Shown: piece by piece, positions 1 to 30,800 of the stretch
Layout: each line of letters opens with the position of its first letter
How positions within the stretch are numbered: position 1 is the stretch's first letter
Source: Paraspadella gotoi
Taxonomy: Eukaryota > Animalia > Chaetognatha
Assembly (NCBI GenBank): GCA_051294375.1
Contig: CM119266.1
Span: 18,346,087-18,410,086 of the forward strand
DNA length: 64,000 bases
Reading direction: 5' to 3'
The notes under the pieces: model-generated
What the model was told of the DNA's origin: nothing
Databases searched by the model: none
Seen by the model: the letters and a program-made list of their open reading frames with translations, nothing else
Translations under genes and position numbers: made by a program

Positions 1-792
1 GGTCAGGTATCTTGGAGACTCATGGAGACTCAAGGTCTCGTGATAAAAAATCCATTTTGGTTTTGACCTCAGCTGAGGGCATTGGGGAAGGATTGTAGGG
101 CATTGAAGAAGAATGGTAGGGCATTGGAGAAGGATTGTAGGGCATTGTGAAAAAAAGGGAAAGGCATTGTGTGAAAAAGCGGCATTTAGGAAGGATTTCC
201 ATATGGTCAGTGGTCAAGTGACTATACAAATGTGAGACATTACCCAGTCTTCAAAGTCGGCGCAAATAGTTTTAGTAACAAATGGTAGAGAAAAAGAAAA
301 AAGAAGATAAAAATAGAAAGGCGACTTCATCATATAATTTTTTATCGATAGTCAGTCACCGATGGTGATAAAAAATAACAGATGTGACCAGCAACGCGCT
401 CAACGCCGGTTCTTGCTGATAATTGCTCAAATTTTATTGGCGCGGAAAATGTGTCATTATTTGACGCAGAAATCGAATCATCTGCGTCACAGAAAACGAA
501 TTCGATTTTCGATATATCGAATCCGGGAAATCAAAGACTGAAGAGATAAGATTTGAAAGAAAGAGAGCGCGTTCTCCGAATTATGTCGAGTGAACCAAAT
601 AAATTCTAATAAAACGGTATTGGTTTCTTTTTTCTCTGCAACCTTCGAGATCTGCGTTCCTATCGTTTTGAACTTTAAAGAAAATACTTAAGGTACATCA
701 AATTACAGTTAAATTTGTTTCAATTAATTTGATATGTTTTGTTTATGCATATGTGTTTATAGAAATTACGAATAAATTGCAGAAGAAACTCA

Positions 793-1444
793 TTTTTTTA
801 GTCGGATCTGCTTTCAGCAGATCCCGACTATAATTCACTTTGTCGGTCCGTCCCCTCAATCTTGTCGGTAAATCACTTTCAACATGTCAGAACATCGAAT
901 TATGATAAATTATGCAAAAAAACGATGTCCGTCTGTCCATCCATCCGTCCCACCTTAGCGAAAAACTCCAATTACTGGTGATTCGGTGGTTGAATTGGAA
1001 TGAAATTCTGTCTGTGGGTAAGAAAATGTGTGATGAAGCTGGATATAAAATTTCGATGAAATCGTACGAGCGAAAATAAGTTTAAATAAAAAAAATAAGT
1101 CGCATTTACTAAAATCTTTTTACTTATTTTAACTAATAATTACTTTAATCTTAATTGAATTAATTGATTGAGATGAAAGTTTGTGAAGAAGCAAAATATA
1201 AAGTTTTGATAGAATTGTGCCAGTGGAAATGAGTTTAAATGGAAAAAATATAAGTCACATTTACTTTAATCTTTATTATTTACGATTGTTTTAATTAATT
1301 AATGTGAAAAAATAATACAATTTTTAAAAAAATGATGCCAGTTAAAAAAATTGTTTTTAAAATTGTGATTTATCATCTGATTAGCTGATAACTGCTTAAT
1401 TTTCGTAAGCAGATCCGACATAGTTTGCTCAAGCTTTTTTTTTT
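793..1444 (+). mobile_element. HINE/DINE-1-like non-autonomous Helentron-associated element
   Basis: T-run, 5' subterminal repeat GTCGGATCTGC with adjacent inverted copy GCAGATCCCGAC (801-828), internal (GTCC/ATCC)n microsatellite (~927-950), 3' inverted repeat AGCAGATCCGAC (1408-1419), short stem-loop AGTTTG-CT-CAAGCT, then T-run. Partial reverse copy at 18564-18719. Confidence 0.7.
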
Positions 1445-2725
1445 CCCTCTTGCAAGTTTTGATTTAAATTAGACCCTTGAAAGCAAGAAAAAAAATTAGG
1501 AAAACAATGCCAGATCTGCTCGCAATCAGCTAATCAGATGATTAATCTTAAAATCTTTATTTAATAGACTAGAATTAAATATTTCGGCCAAGATTCCGAA
1601 GGTTAGCGTAAAATAATGTAATGTATTAAAAAGGGCACGGCCAAACGCGTTTCCTCTTCGACCTCGCGCTAAATTCGCGGGAAAAAAAAAGGTAAAATTA
1701 TCTTCTCGAAACTCTCGTCGTCGATTGGTCAAAGGCAGCCAATCCAGAGCCAGGGAAGAAGCTCACATTGTTGCGATCCAAAACGCGAAGGAGAACCGCG
1801 CGGCCCAACGCAGAAACAAGAATCTACTATCATCAATATTTATAGTTTTTTTTAATTTTAACTTGCCAACATTTTTTTAGTTTATTTTTTTCACGTTGTG
1901 GCCTTAATAAATATATTTGCTGTATTTAACTACTATCACTATTGTTGTTCACTTTAAGGCATTTGTTACGAAATAACGATCTTTTATAGTTTTTAACAGT
2001 GAACCTTATCGTTGTGGGACTGAATGACCGACTTAGAGAGCCGGCATCTTCGTTTAAGCAGGTGTGGCTAAAATTGTCAGCCGATATTTCTACTTTGTAC
2101 AGATTTGAAGAATTTTCTATAACTTATTGGCCGAATGAATAGACACTGAAACTATATACAATTTGTGCTTTTAAAAAATTTAAATATTTATTTCTAACAC
2201 TATTACTGCTAAGTGTTTAGTAAATTCTAACTGTTGCTATAGATGTAAAAATTCAATTTTTTTTGTCAATTACACTAAGTCGTTTATTACTTTAGGCAGG
2301 AAAATTCAGCAGCAGACATTATACAAATAATTTTACATTTAAAATAAATAAATTTGTGAAGGCACATTTGTCATATAGAGTTTAAAATAAGCACAATTTG
2401 ACAGAAGAAAAAAAGTTAGTAAAATTGCAAAGAGATTTGTATCTCTACTTAAAGTTAATGAAAGTGATTAAGGGAAAGGAGGAAAATCATCAATTTTAAA
2501 GACTTATCACAATTACAAACAGTCTTGAACAGAATTAAATATTCGAGATCTCATTATTTAAGCACACGTCAATAACAATCGATGTCAACTGAATAGGACA
2601 TACTAATAAGACATAACATAGGTCATAGGACATACTAATATACCCGGATTTTTTTGGGAAAAAATGTATCCATCGAGTTTAGAGTTTAAAGTTTTTAGGA
2701 AAAAAAAATGAATAAAAATGATAAT

Positions 2726-2851
2726 TATGGTGGAGTAAAATCCACCAACCGTTCATCAGCGGCCATTGGTGCCGGAGGCAAGTCATTCGCCTCCCAACCC
2801 AAAGGTCCGAAGTTCTAGCCCGGTGGCTGCCTAGCAGTTAAGAGGGACGGG
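2726..2851 (+). mobile_element. tRNA-derived SINE family A, 3'-truncated copy
   Basis: Near-identical to the 5' half of copies at 27545, 30979 and 32061; tRNA-like A/B box region. Confidence 0.75.
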
Positions 2852-4816
2852 GCTCCGTCTCGCGACCCCGAGGAGGCATCGGCAGAGGGAAGCCCCGCGT
2901 GGAACGTTGCGGGGTTCCGTTGCTATCGTATTCGCAATAAAAGATAAACTGCTGCATTTCGAGATACGGGGTGCAGGGAACGTGAAAATCTTCCATAAAT
3001 GGCGTGAAGTGACCGGACCGAATGAGGGAGGATGGGTTAGTAGACATTTTGATCAATTGATGAGTTGTTTTTTCGATGTGATTATTGAAGGATAAGGAAT
3101 TGTTTATCAAGTTTTCGTCTTTGAAGAAACGTTACGAAGATCAGCGAAAAGAGTTTAGTCTTGAGGGCGACAAATTGACTTTGAATTGAGCGTCGAAGGG
3201 TCGATGTAGCGAGATAGAAAAAGACAGAAATTTTGCAAATAGTTTGTATCGATAACGGAGCTTCGTATTTTTTGACCAAGAATGGGCATAGATTTGATCG
3301 CACGAGAGAATTTTATGAACATCGAATGAAATCTTGAGGGTCGGGCTTCGGTTTTTATGTGCAATGGTTGGGTGGGGAAGAGGAAGAGGAAGCCAGAGAT
3401 AGTGAAAAAGGTTTCAAAGAAAAAGCTTGACCCTATTGCATCTGGAATGTGTTGAAACTCCTTAAGGCGACATTAAATTCAACAGTTTGATGCTAAAAGT
3501 GTTTTTAAGTCTGCTACGTTTTATGTCTACCGTATTCATATTAATTATGAAACGAATGAAGTCATCAAATATCAAGATATTGCCGATTAGCATCTGAGTG
3601 CGATATTTCAATTTCTCCACACTCTGTGTTATTAATTCGTTTCATAGGATTAAAACGAGTATAGGACCAATAATTGATAATAAACAAATTATACGTTACG
3701 TACTACTATTCAATCATTTATTATTTAACTGGCATTTAAACAGTATCATAACGAATACAATTGATTTGGACAAGTTGATTAAATCTTAATATGATAAAAC
3801 CAAATAGATGCAAAGTAGAATTATTAGAGTAAGTGTAAGGCCGAAAACCTGAAAGTTTATATGTCCCCCAAGAACGGCCCTCCTCTTCTTCCGTGGCCCC
3901 GAGTCGCAGCTACTTGTGTGATCATTCGTTCTAAGTTCCATTTCGACATCAAAATGAGAGTCGATCAGCCTTTAATTTAAAGGAGACTGCGTATCAGAAA
4001 AGAGATTTGTCCGTGAGAGAGAGAGAGAGAGAGATACTAACCGGACGTTTCATGTCCTCAGAAAAGTCAGATGTCAACGATTACAATTTCGATTCTCGAA
4101 CTCGAGTCGAGAGGGAACGACGAAATAACAACAACAACGACAACAACAACAACTCGTCGATGAGTGGAGATCGATGACCTCAACTAAGAAACCCGATCAC
4201 GTGACCCAAAAATGGACCCAGAATTTTCTGACCACGACGGCATCGACTCAACCGCTCACTTGTGACCAGACATCGATCCGAGCCAGGTGGCTCACTGATT
4301 TCCATTGCCATTCGGTGAAATGAAAGATAATTTGTCCGCTCTTTATTCGTTTTGATAATTCATTTCGAAGCCTCATGTTGTATTCTTTTCAGCTTTAATT
4401 GTTTTCGTACCGTCAGTCATTTCTCTCTTCTTGTCTAAAATTGTTCATGAGACCTGACCATAAAAATTTCGTAAAATATTTCCGTTAAAACTGAATGACC
4501 ATTTATTAAGTCTAATATTTTACAAATTTTCATATTTATTTTCTATCAATCAATCAATCAATCGGCATTATTGTCGTCGTCGCTATCATCGTCGTCGTTG
4601 CTTTTGTCGTGGTCAGTGACGAAAAGACCTAAAAAGAAACATTTCGGATCAAATTGATTAATTAATTAATTACCGCTAATGATCGTGGGCGACATTGTTT
4701 GCTCAAACTTGTTCTTACAGAAAGCAAACGATAAACAAAATTCATTGAATTCCAATTTTCAACCAGGTCCTATTGTCCCCTTCTCTCAAACGCCCTTAAA
4801 CCCCACCCGCCCACAG

Positions 4817-23601
<18,785 letters not shown>

Positions 23602-24361
23602 TATCATAGACTCGCGCAAACGCTTAATTCTGTTTAACGAATCGTTCATTTATAATTTTATTGCAGAATTATTCTTACTAAAAAACCGAAGAGCTAGGAA
23701 AAGAATATATATGCATACAACTCGCGTGAAAACGGGGCCGACCCAAAAAATCTTTCAAATCTCGTTTACTCGGACTGTAACACTTTCCTGTCATTAAATA
23801 GGTTTCCAGTTGTCTTAAACAGTGATCCCATATCAATAAATTGTACAATGTACATATACTTATATAGACTTTAATAATTAATATTTCACCTCGAAAAATC
23901 ATCCTTAAATTAAATTTCAAGAGGCGGTATAATTATCCTGTTTGTTAATCAGGTACAGTGCCCCTGCTCAACGATGAAATTACTCAAAAGCTATAGACAA
24001 TATTTTTAAAACGACACAACTGTATTGGATTTTTTTTTTTGTGATTGTTTTATGCGGAATTATCCAGATGTAACTGTTCCGTCTTAATGATATTTTATAT
24101 CGATAATACTATATTTAAGCAGATATATGTATTTATTAAAAATTAACACGTATTTTGCTCACTCCGGCCAGAAAAAACTGTGATGTCCTTATTGTATTGT
24201 TTCATTATTATTTACATTTTCGTTATATTTTGTTAATAAAACCTTCCCACCCCGTGTTTTTAAGCTTTTTCATGAAGAACACAATATTGTAATTACAAGC
24301 AGTAGTATGACTTTACATAAGACAAACGAAAATTAATTAAAAGAACGGATAAAAAAAGAGC

Positions 24362-24433
24362 CTCCCCGGCGGGGAATCGAACCCCGGTCTCTCGCGTGAC
24401 AGGCGAGGATACTCACCACTATACTACCGAGGA
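24362..24433 (-). tRNA. tRNA-Asp(GTC)
   Basis: TCCTCGGTAGTATAGTGGTGAGTATCCTCGCCT-GTC-ACGCGAGAGACCGGGGTTCGATTCCCCGCCGGGGAG, 72 nt, T-run terminator downstream. Confidence 0.97.
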
Positions 24434-24597
24434 CTTCAGACTTTTCCCGTTCGGCTAAGCGTCTTTATAAGATTCTGAACACGTAGGATCAAATGAATGG
24501 GAGAAAAAGGAACGAGTCTTTTGTTCTTTTATGATTCAGCAAGAATTTATCGGTAATGGAAAACAAAAGGCATAAAAATCACATGAAAATAGAACCA

Positions 24598-24669
24598 GGC
24601 TCGTTGGTCTAGTGGTATGATTCTCGCTTAGGGTGCGAGAGGTCCCGGGTTCGACTCCCGGACGAGCCC
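24598..24669 (+). tRNA. tRNA-Pro(AGG)
   Basis: GGCTCGTTGGTCTAGTGGTATGATTCTCGCTT-AGG-GTGCGAGAGGTCCCGGGTTCGACTCCCGGACGAGCCC followed by a T7 run. Confidence 0.97.
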
Positions 24670-25618
24670 AATTTTTTTAAACCAAAAATTGACCGATGCA
24701 AAGAAATTTGCTATCGAGGAATTTTGAAGCCCATATTTTCAACTCCAATTAGGACCTAATTTAAGAAATACTAGTGTAATTTCATTCGATTCTGTGATTG
24801 AACATCGTTGTTTTAACTATTTGTAAATCAACAACCAACTGGTTTTCGAGATATGAAGACTAATCTATCTGCAATTGTATGAAATCTCGCTATGACTAGT
24901 TTTTCTAACAGCGGTCTAATATAATACTGAAAAAAAAACAAACCAAGGTATTGGTAAACCACATTAAAATATATTTTCCGCAAGAATTAGGCAAACGGAT
25001 AAGACATACAAACGATTCGATATCCCCAATGGAAACAGTTTTAGATCCAGAACGAAGTATCGATCAATCCAAACATTAGTCAAAACAAATAAACAAAATT
25101 TATGTCAAAGAACTTCAAAGAAATCATTCATATTTCCCGCCTATTAACAAACAACGCCTTTTCCGTTTCCATTTTCACAGAATTCGCGATAGACAGAGAA
25201 TTTAAACGAGTATTGATTTTCGTGAAATGACGACATGGGCCGGAGTTGGGAGAAACTATCGCCTCGTTTCGCAGTTGAGAACGCCTGAACGTTTTTTGAG
25301 TTTCGACCACAAAAAAAAAATCGAGAGAGAGATTCTCTAGAGAATGGAACACCTGTGCCGCTTTCCAGCGTTAGACGACGGGTTCGAAGACGCCTTCTTG
25401 TTTCCATTCTTTTCAACGATTTTCTCGCCGCCAACGATCGTCGCGAGTTCGTTGAGATTGGCGTCGGGCGAGGTATCGTGGGAAGCGTGGGACTTCGTCT
25501 CGTCTGGAGACGAACGCGGGAACGACAAGTTCAGCGCGAAGAGGAATAAAGTACATTTCGATCTTTTGCAGAGGGAAGCCGGAAAGGGGGGGGGAAGGGG
25601 GAACCGAGAAGCAACGGA

Positions 25619-26094
25619 TCAACCACCTCCGTCGCCGGGGCCGGCGGCGGCGGCGGCGGCGCCAGCGTTGTCGTTGGCGTCGCGGGGCGCCACGTAATCT
25701 TTCTTCTTGTGATGAGAACAATGTTGACAGTCGTCGCTGTCGCTGTCACTTTCGCTCTCGCCAAACTCGAGGGGCTTCTGGTAGATGCAGCAGCACTTGG
25801 ATTTCTTAAAAGGCACAAATTTTTTAAAAATGTGAAATTGATACCGGCTAACTTTCATATAAAAAATTTTATAAACTTGTTATTTTGACATTTTTTAATT
25901 ATTTTTTTTTTCTTTTATTCATGAAGAACCTTTTTATCGAGATGTTCGTTGTCGACGGTATCTTCCGTCCATTTGACTTTTTGAGTTCTCGGAGCTTTCT
26001 TCAGCTTCAGCTTGAGGACAGGCGGTGTGGACTCAGCCTTCGATTTCGTTTCCACCACCGTCTGGGACGAGACCGTCGGTTCAGACGTCGACAT
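25619..26094 (-). CDS. PPP1R11: Protein phosphatase 1 regulatory inhibitor subunit 11 (inhibitor-3/Ypi1)
   Basis: Exons 26094-25930 and 25804-25619: KVKWTEDTVDNEHLDKK|KSKCCCIYQKP..FGES (RVxW and CCC motifs). Confidence 0.93.
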
Positions 26095-26594
26095 ATTTAG
26101 TCAATAAAAAAAATTGTTTAAGCATTATCTAAAAAAATAATGAACAGATTCGCGGTAAACGTTAGTTTTTTAAGTAATTCGTAAAAAAATTTCAAAAATG
26201 GAATCGAGTGAGACATGTAAAGAGAAAGAAGAAATTTATATTTAAGTTTATTGTAATGAAGAGATTTTAATTTACGGATGAAGCGAGTGATAACACCGAT
26301 AACTTTTTATCAAGGTGATGACGCAAACAAACTAATTTCTTCGGATTTCTGGTCAAACATCCAATGACTCAAATTCGACTTTGTCCAACGACGGACGCCG
26401 CGTGAACTCGACGGGAGCAGCGAAGCAGCGATCCAGCGGAAATTTCTGTGTTCATTCCCTGTCGAAAACTCCGCGACTTCAGTTGCAAATTTTCTCTAAC
26501 GAAAGTCGGTGAAGCTCGAACGCGGCCATTTTCCGCAAAGAGGCTGACAGATATTCACCAAACATAAAATCCAACAGATGTTGAAATTGATCTG

Positions 26595-27250
26595 CTAAGA
26601 CCCCTCCTCCATTTCATCCTCTACTTCAGCCTCTTCCTCGTTTGTCGGAATGAGCCTTTGTATCACTTCCAACAGCGACTCCACCTGCAACGGATTAGAG
26701 AAAGTAATTGTAAATAATATATAAATGTCAAAATAATGATAATAATATCTTGACCTGTTCCTGAGTGAACCTCGATTCGCACTCTTCGATCATGAGCTGA
26801 ATTTCGAGCTCCGACGAAGGACGAAGATTGAGACACTGAAGTTTCTCCGCTTTGGTCAAATTAAAGGCGGCGGCTTCTTTGAGAAAAGCTTCAATGACCT
26901 TGAGACAAAATGGTTTCATTGAAGAGGGTCAATGTGAATGTCATGGCGATCCCATTTCCGTATCATGTCAACGGCCAACCTCGGGATTCTGCAGGGCGCA
27001 CATGGTTTGCTTTTCCACGTATCTAACGGTTTCGTAGGCGATGGTGTGCATGTTTTGCAATGGACCCTCGATTTTGCGTTTGGCCGCTTTGTCGCGCGGT
27101 TTGGACTGGACCTCTTTGATGACTTGATAGACCTGGAATCGAGTGGGACGAATGGATGAGAGAATTTACTTGAAAATGAAGATCAATAATTTTTCAGACA
27201 CTTACTTCATAATTCGAGAGTAAAGCGACGTTGGCCGATTTGACTTCCAT
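26595..27250 (-). CDS. CRCP: RNA polymerase III subunit RPC9 / CGRP receptor component
   Basis: 4 exons with short introns: MEVKSANVALLSNYE|V..NMHTIAYETVRY..|..FNLTKAEKLQCLNLRPSS..IQLMIEECESRFTQEQ|VESLL. Confidence 0.93.
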
Positions 27251-27544
27251 GTTTAATTAGTTAAAAAAGTTGAAAGCAGAAAGAGTAAAGTCAAGTGATT
27301 TAATCAAAACTACGTTGACTGTCTAATCGACAATGTCAAACGGTCGATACTCAACGGTAAGTAACTTTCAATAATACGCTAAAAAAAAGGAATGTGAAAT
27401 AAAAATTAATATCATGTCGCAAAAAATTTAAAAACGAATGGAAATGGTAATATAACGTAGGCTTAATTAATGCTTTTGTGGTCAACGAATGAACTCTTTC
27501 TCCATCATTGCCACACTTTCCAATTTTGTTCGGTGATAGACTAG

Positions 27545-27778
27545 TATGGTGGACTAAAATCCACCAACCGTTCATCAGAGGCCCTTGGTGCCGGAGGCAA
27601 GTCATTCGCCTCCCAACCCAAAGGTCCGGGGTTCTAACCCGGTGGCCGCCTAGCAGTTAAGAGGGACGGGGCGCTTAACCCTCCTTTAACATTCTGTTAC
27701 AGCCTGATCCGAAGCTCAGGGACTGCTTATAATGAACGGTTCTGTCACTAACACATAACAATTATCACTGTCTCTTCA
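27545..27778 (+). mobile_element. tRNA-derived SINE family A, full length
   Basis: 5' hairpin GGTGGA-CTAAAA-TCCACC, tRNA-like head (TGGTGCCGGAGG, TCGCCTCCCAA, GGTTCTAACCC), conserved body; ACTAG near both ends may be a TSD. Confidence 0.8.
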
Positions 27779-27828
27779 CTAGCCAGCAGTAAAAACAACA
27801 AATAACAAAAAAAGCGTCGATTTCAGGT

Positions 27829-30800
27829 CTAAGCTTGATTCGGTGGATGATCTTGGGACAAAGCGAAATCTCTGAGGTTTTCTTGTCCCTCGATTTTTAA
27901 ATTTTTCTCGTTGGTGACGTAAAGCATCGAGACGAAAGCCAAGGGAACGCTGAAAATTGAATCATTAAATCAAATTGGTACAACCAATATAAAAATTATT
28001 CATTAATTTTATAAATAAGCTATCTTGCCCCTGGCTTTGGACAGTTTTAAAGATATAACTGCTAAATTTTGATTCCAAACTTTCACTTCACCCTATTGGA
28101 CAGGCTTTGGTGGTTTAAGGCCTCCATCACTCTTACAAATGTTACAATTGAAATAAAAAAAAAATCTTAAAAGCATAAGGATCGTCGCAATCGCATAAGA
28201 AAAATCTTGATACTAAAAATATCAAATTTTAGAAAAGAAAATTAATTTATAAACAGAAAGAAAAAGAAAAAAAAAGAATAATAAATACAAAACAGTAAAA
28301 CAACTTATTTTCGAGTTTAATTTTTAGCAAGTGCTAAGTCTGGACAGACATTATTGAAGGTACTTTTGTTATACTTTTAGCCCGCATAAGCGAGCAGTTT
28401 GATCGAATGTTTGAATATCATATTATTTCAAATCGTTTTATCTTTTTATTGTCTTAACTGTCAAATTGTCTCTTTTATTTCAGAATTTAAAAAAAAAAAA
28501 GTTTGATCGAATGCAACCTCTCTAAACACTGTCAACATTCCCAGACAAAAGACAAAGTAAAACTTGAATCAGACTAACGAAGTGAAGTAAAGACGAAAGT
28601 GAAGTAAAATGAAGAAAAGTAAAATAAAATAATAAATTAAATATATATTGAAAAAAAATATTATTCGGATTGATATTTAGAAAAAAAATCCACGAAAATC
28701 TCGGATGTAAATTTGGGAATAAATGGCGATAATAAAAGTTTTTAGAGGAAAAAAATTAATCAGAGAGAAAGAGAGAATCTAAATCGTTTTCAGACGAATC
28801 AGCAGCGGCAGCAGCAGAGGCCACAAGAAAAAAAAAAGAAATCAAAAAGCAGCAGCAGAAGAAGCAGGAGAAAAAAAAAAAAAAAAAAAGAGCTTCTGCA
28901 GAGCCAGCTGCAGAAAAAGAAATCAAAAGGCAGCAGCAGAAGCAGCAAAGAGAAAGAGAGAAAAAGAATAAGCCCCTGCAGAGCCAGCTGCAAACTCGTT
29001 TTTTTCCCTATGAATCAGTGATAGGGAAAGAGAGAGGGAGAGAGACATGTAATTAAAAGAGAAAAGAGAGAAAATTTGTTTGTTTTGATAAAACGTAAAC
29101 AAAATATATTTAATAACTGTCCAGACTCAATTTTAAGCACATCGATGATGAAAAGCTGTATATAAATTTTCAGTTTCATACACCCAAATTTAATAATAAA
29201 AAGGCGATCTATACATTGGAACGCCAACGACGACGACAACGACGACGCCACGTATGAGCAAAACCACAGCAATATAAAAAAATAAAAAAAATGATCAAAA
29301 ACCCACCTGAGATTCGAAGCCATTGACGGTGGAAGCATCGATTTGGCCTGTTCCATCGCCTCTCGAAATAAGTGGACGCCCATCGCTTCCTTCGAAGGCT
29401 TCCTCACGGCCTCAGGCGTCGACGTCGTCGTCGTGTCCAATGTGGAGTCGCCCGATTGCGTCAAGATTCGCCAAAAAGTTGCTTTCAGTCGTTTTATGTC
29501 GATCTTCTTTGCCTGCGGACGACGACGGTTGAGATTTAGTATATTAATAAAATTTATTGATTTTTTAATAATTGGTACTGACTTGTTTGGCGTAAGGAAT
29601 GTCCAGCGCGGCGACCTGACTCGGCGCCGCGATCAAGTTCTCCTGAGTAAATGCGGCACCGAATCCGGCTTGAGACGGACCTGCGATTTCCTCGAGGTTT
29701 CCTGTCAACAATTCACATTTTAAATTTAAATAAGTGATCGTTAAAAATTAGGTTAATTTAAAAGAGAGGAGCATCTCCAACTGACCAATGGGATCCTCGA
29801 AATCCGCGTAAGCGTCGACGGCGGCGGCGTAGTCGTCGTCCGCGTTGTCGTCGTCTTCGTAGTCGCCCGGTTTTCCTCCACTTGTGTTGATTGCTGCGAT
29901 CGAACAATGAATTAAAAAGCAGTCAAATTTATCCACAGCCCCATAGTACAGTCACTCTCTGAGTTCCGAACCTGGAACAAAATTTCCGTCGGCGGCGTTG
30001 TCGTAGTTGTAATCTCCGACGCCGCTGTCGACGTCGGCGGTGGCGTGAGGAAGGCGACGCCCACGATGGTGGAACAGATCTTTTCGAAGGTTTAGACCGA
30101 AATCTGTGAACGATATGTTAATTAAAATTTTGTCTTAATCTTTGGGAATTCAACTATTTTTTTTTGTTTTCTTATTGGCAAGAAAAGAAGCAAGCTTACC
30201 TTTCAAATCTCGTTCTTTGAGCAGAAATTCCCGCTCGTTCTTTTTTTCGTCCTGATTGAAGGAGAAAAAGAAATTAAGAGTAGTGAAGGAATGGGATTTG
30301 CGGAGAAGAAGAAAGCCCTCACCTCGCGCCACTTTCTCAACGTAGGCAAAGACTTTTCCGTTGCCGACCTCGACTTTTTCAACGCGTTGTCCCACATGTC
30401 CAGATTGTCCGGGGGAACCTGTGAAGAAATAAAAAGTATCAATGTCAGATTCGCCCTTCCTGTCGATGGTCGCGTCGATCCAAATCAACTCTCACCCGTT
30501 TGCCTTCGACGCATTTGATCGGTTCCTCGTCGTACATCAAATTGAACGCCTTCTTTTCCTTTCGTTTGCTTTGAAGTTCCGTCTGCAAAAGGCCAAGCGC
30601 GTTCGATGTCAAATGAGGTTTGCCCCCTAGCATTTGATTTCCATGCGACTTGTCTACCTGAGAACCCTTCCGTTTGGCTACCAACCGCTTCCAGTGATCG
30701 GGGCCAGCGAGAAGCCTCAATTTGTCTTCCCTGAAGTAAGAAAATTCGCTGAGTTGATCCATGGAAGTGACGAGAGTTTCGGAGAGGAGATCGAGATTGG

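Noticed and set aside
77-190. ORF 20-229 with MPYNPSP repeats
   Set aside because: Translation of a degenerate ~21-bp GGGCATTG tandem repeat; no coding evidence.
27545-27660. Functional tRNA-Gly genes, or a hammerhead (CTGATGA on -) in SINE A
   Set aside because: The anticodon stem does not pair and copies share non-tRNA flanks; no GAAA follows a helix II.
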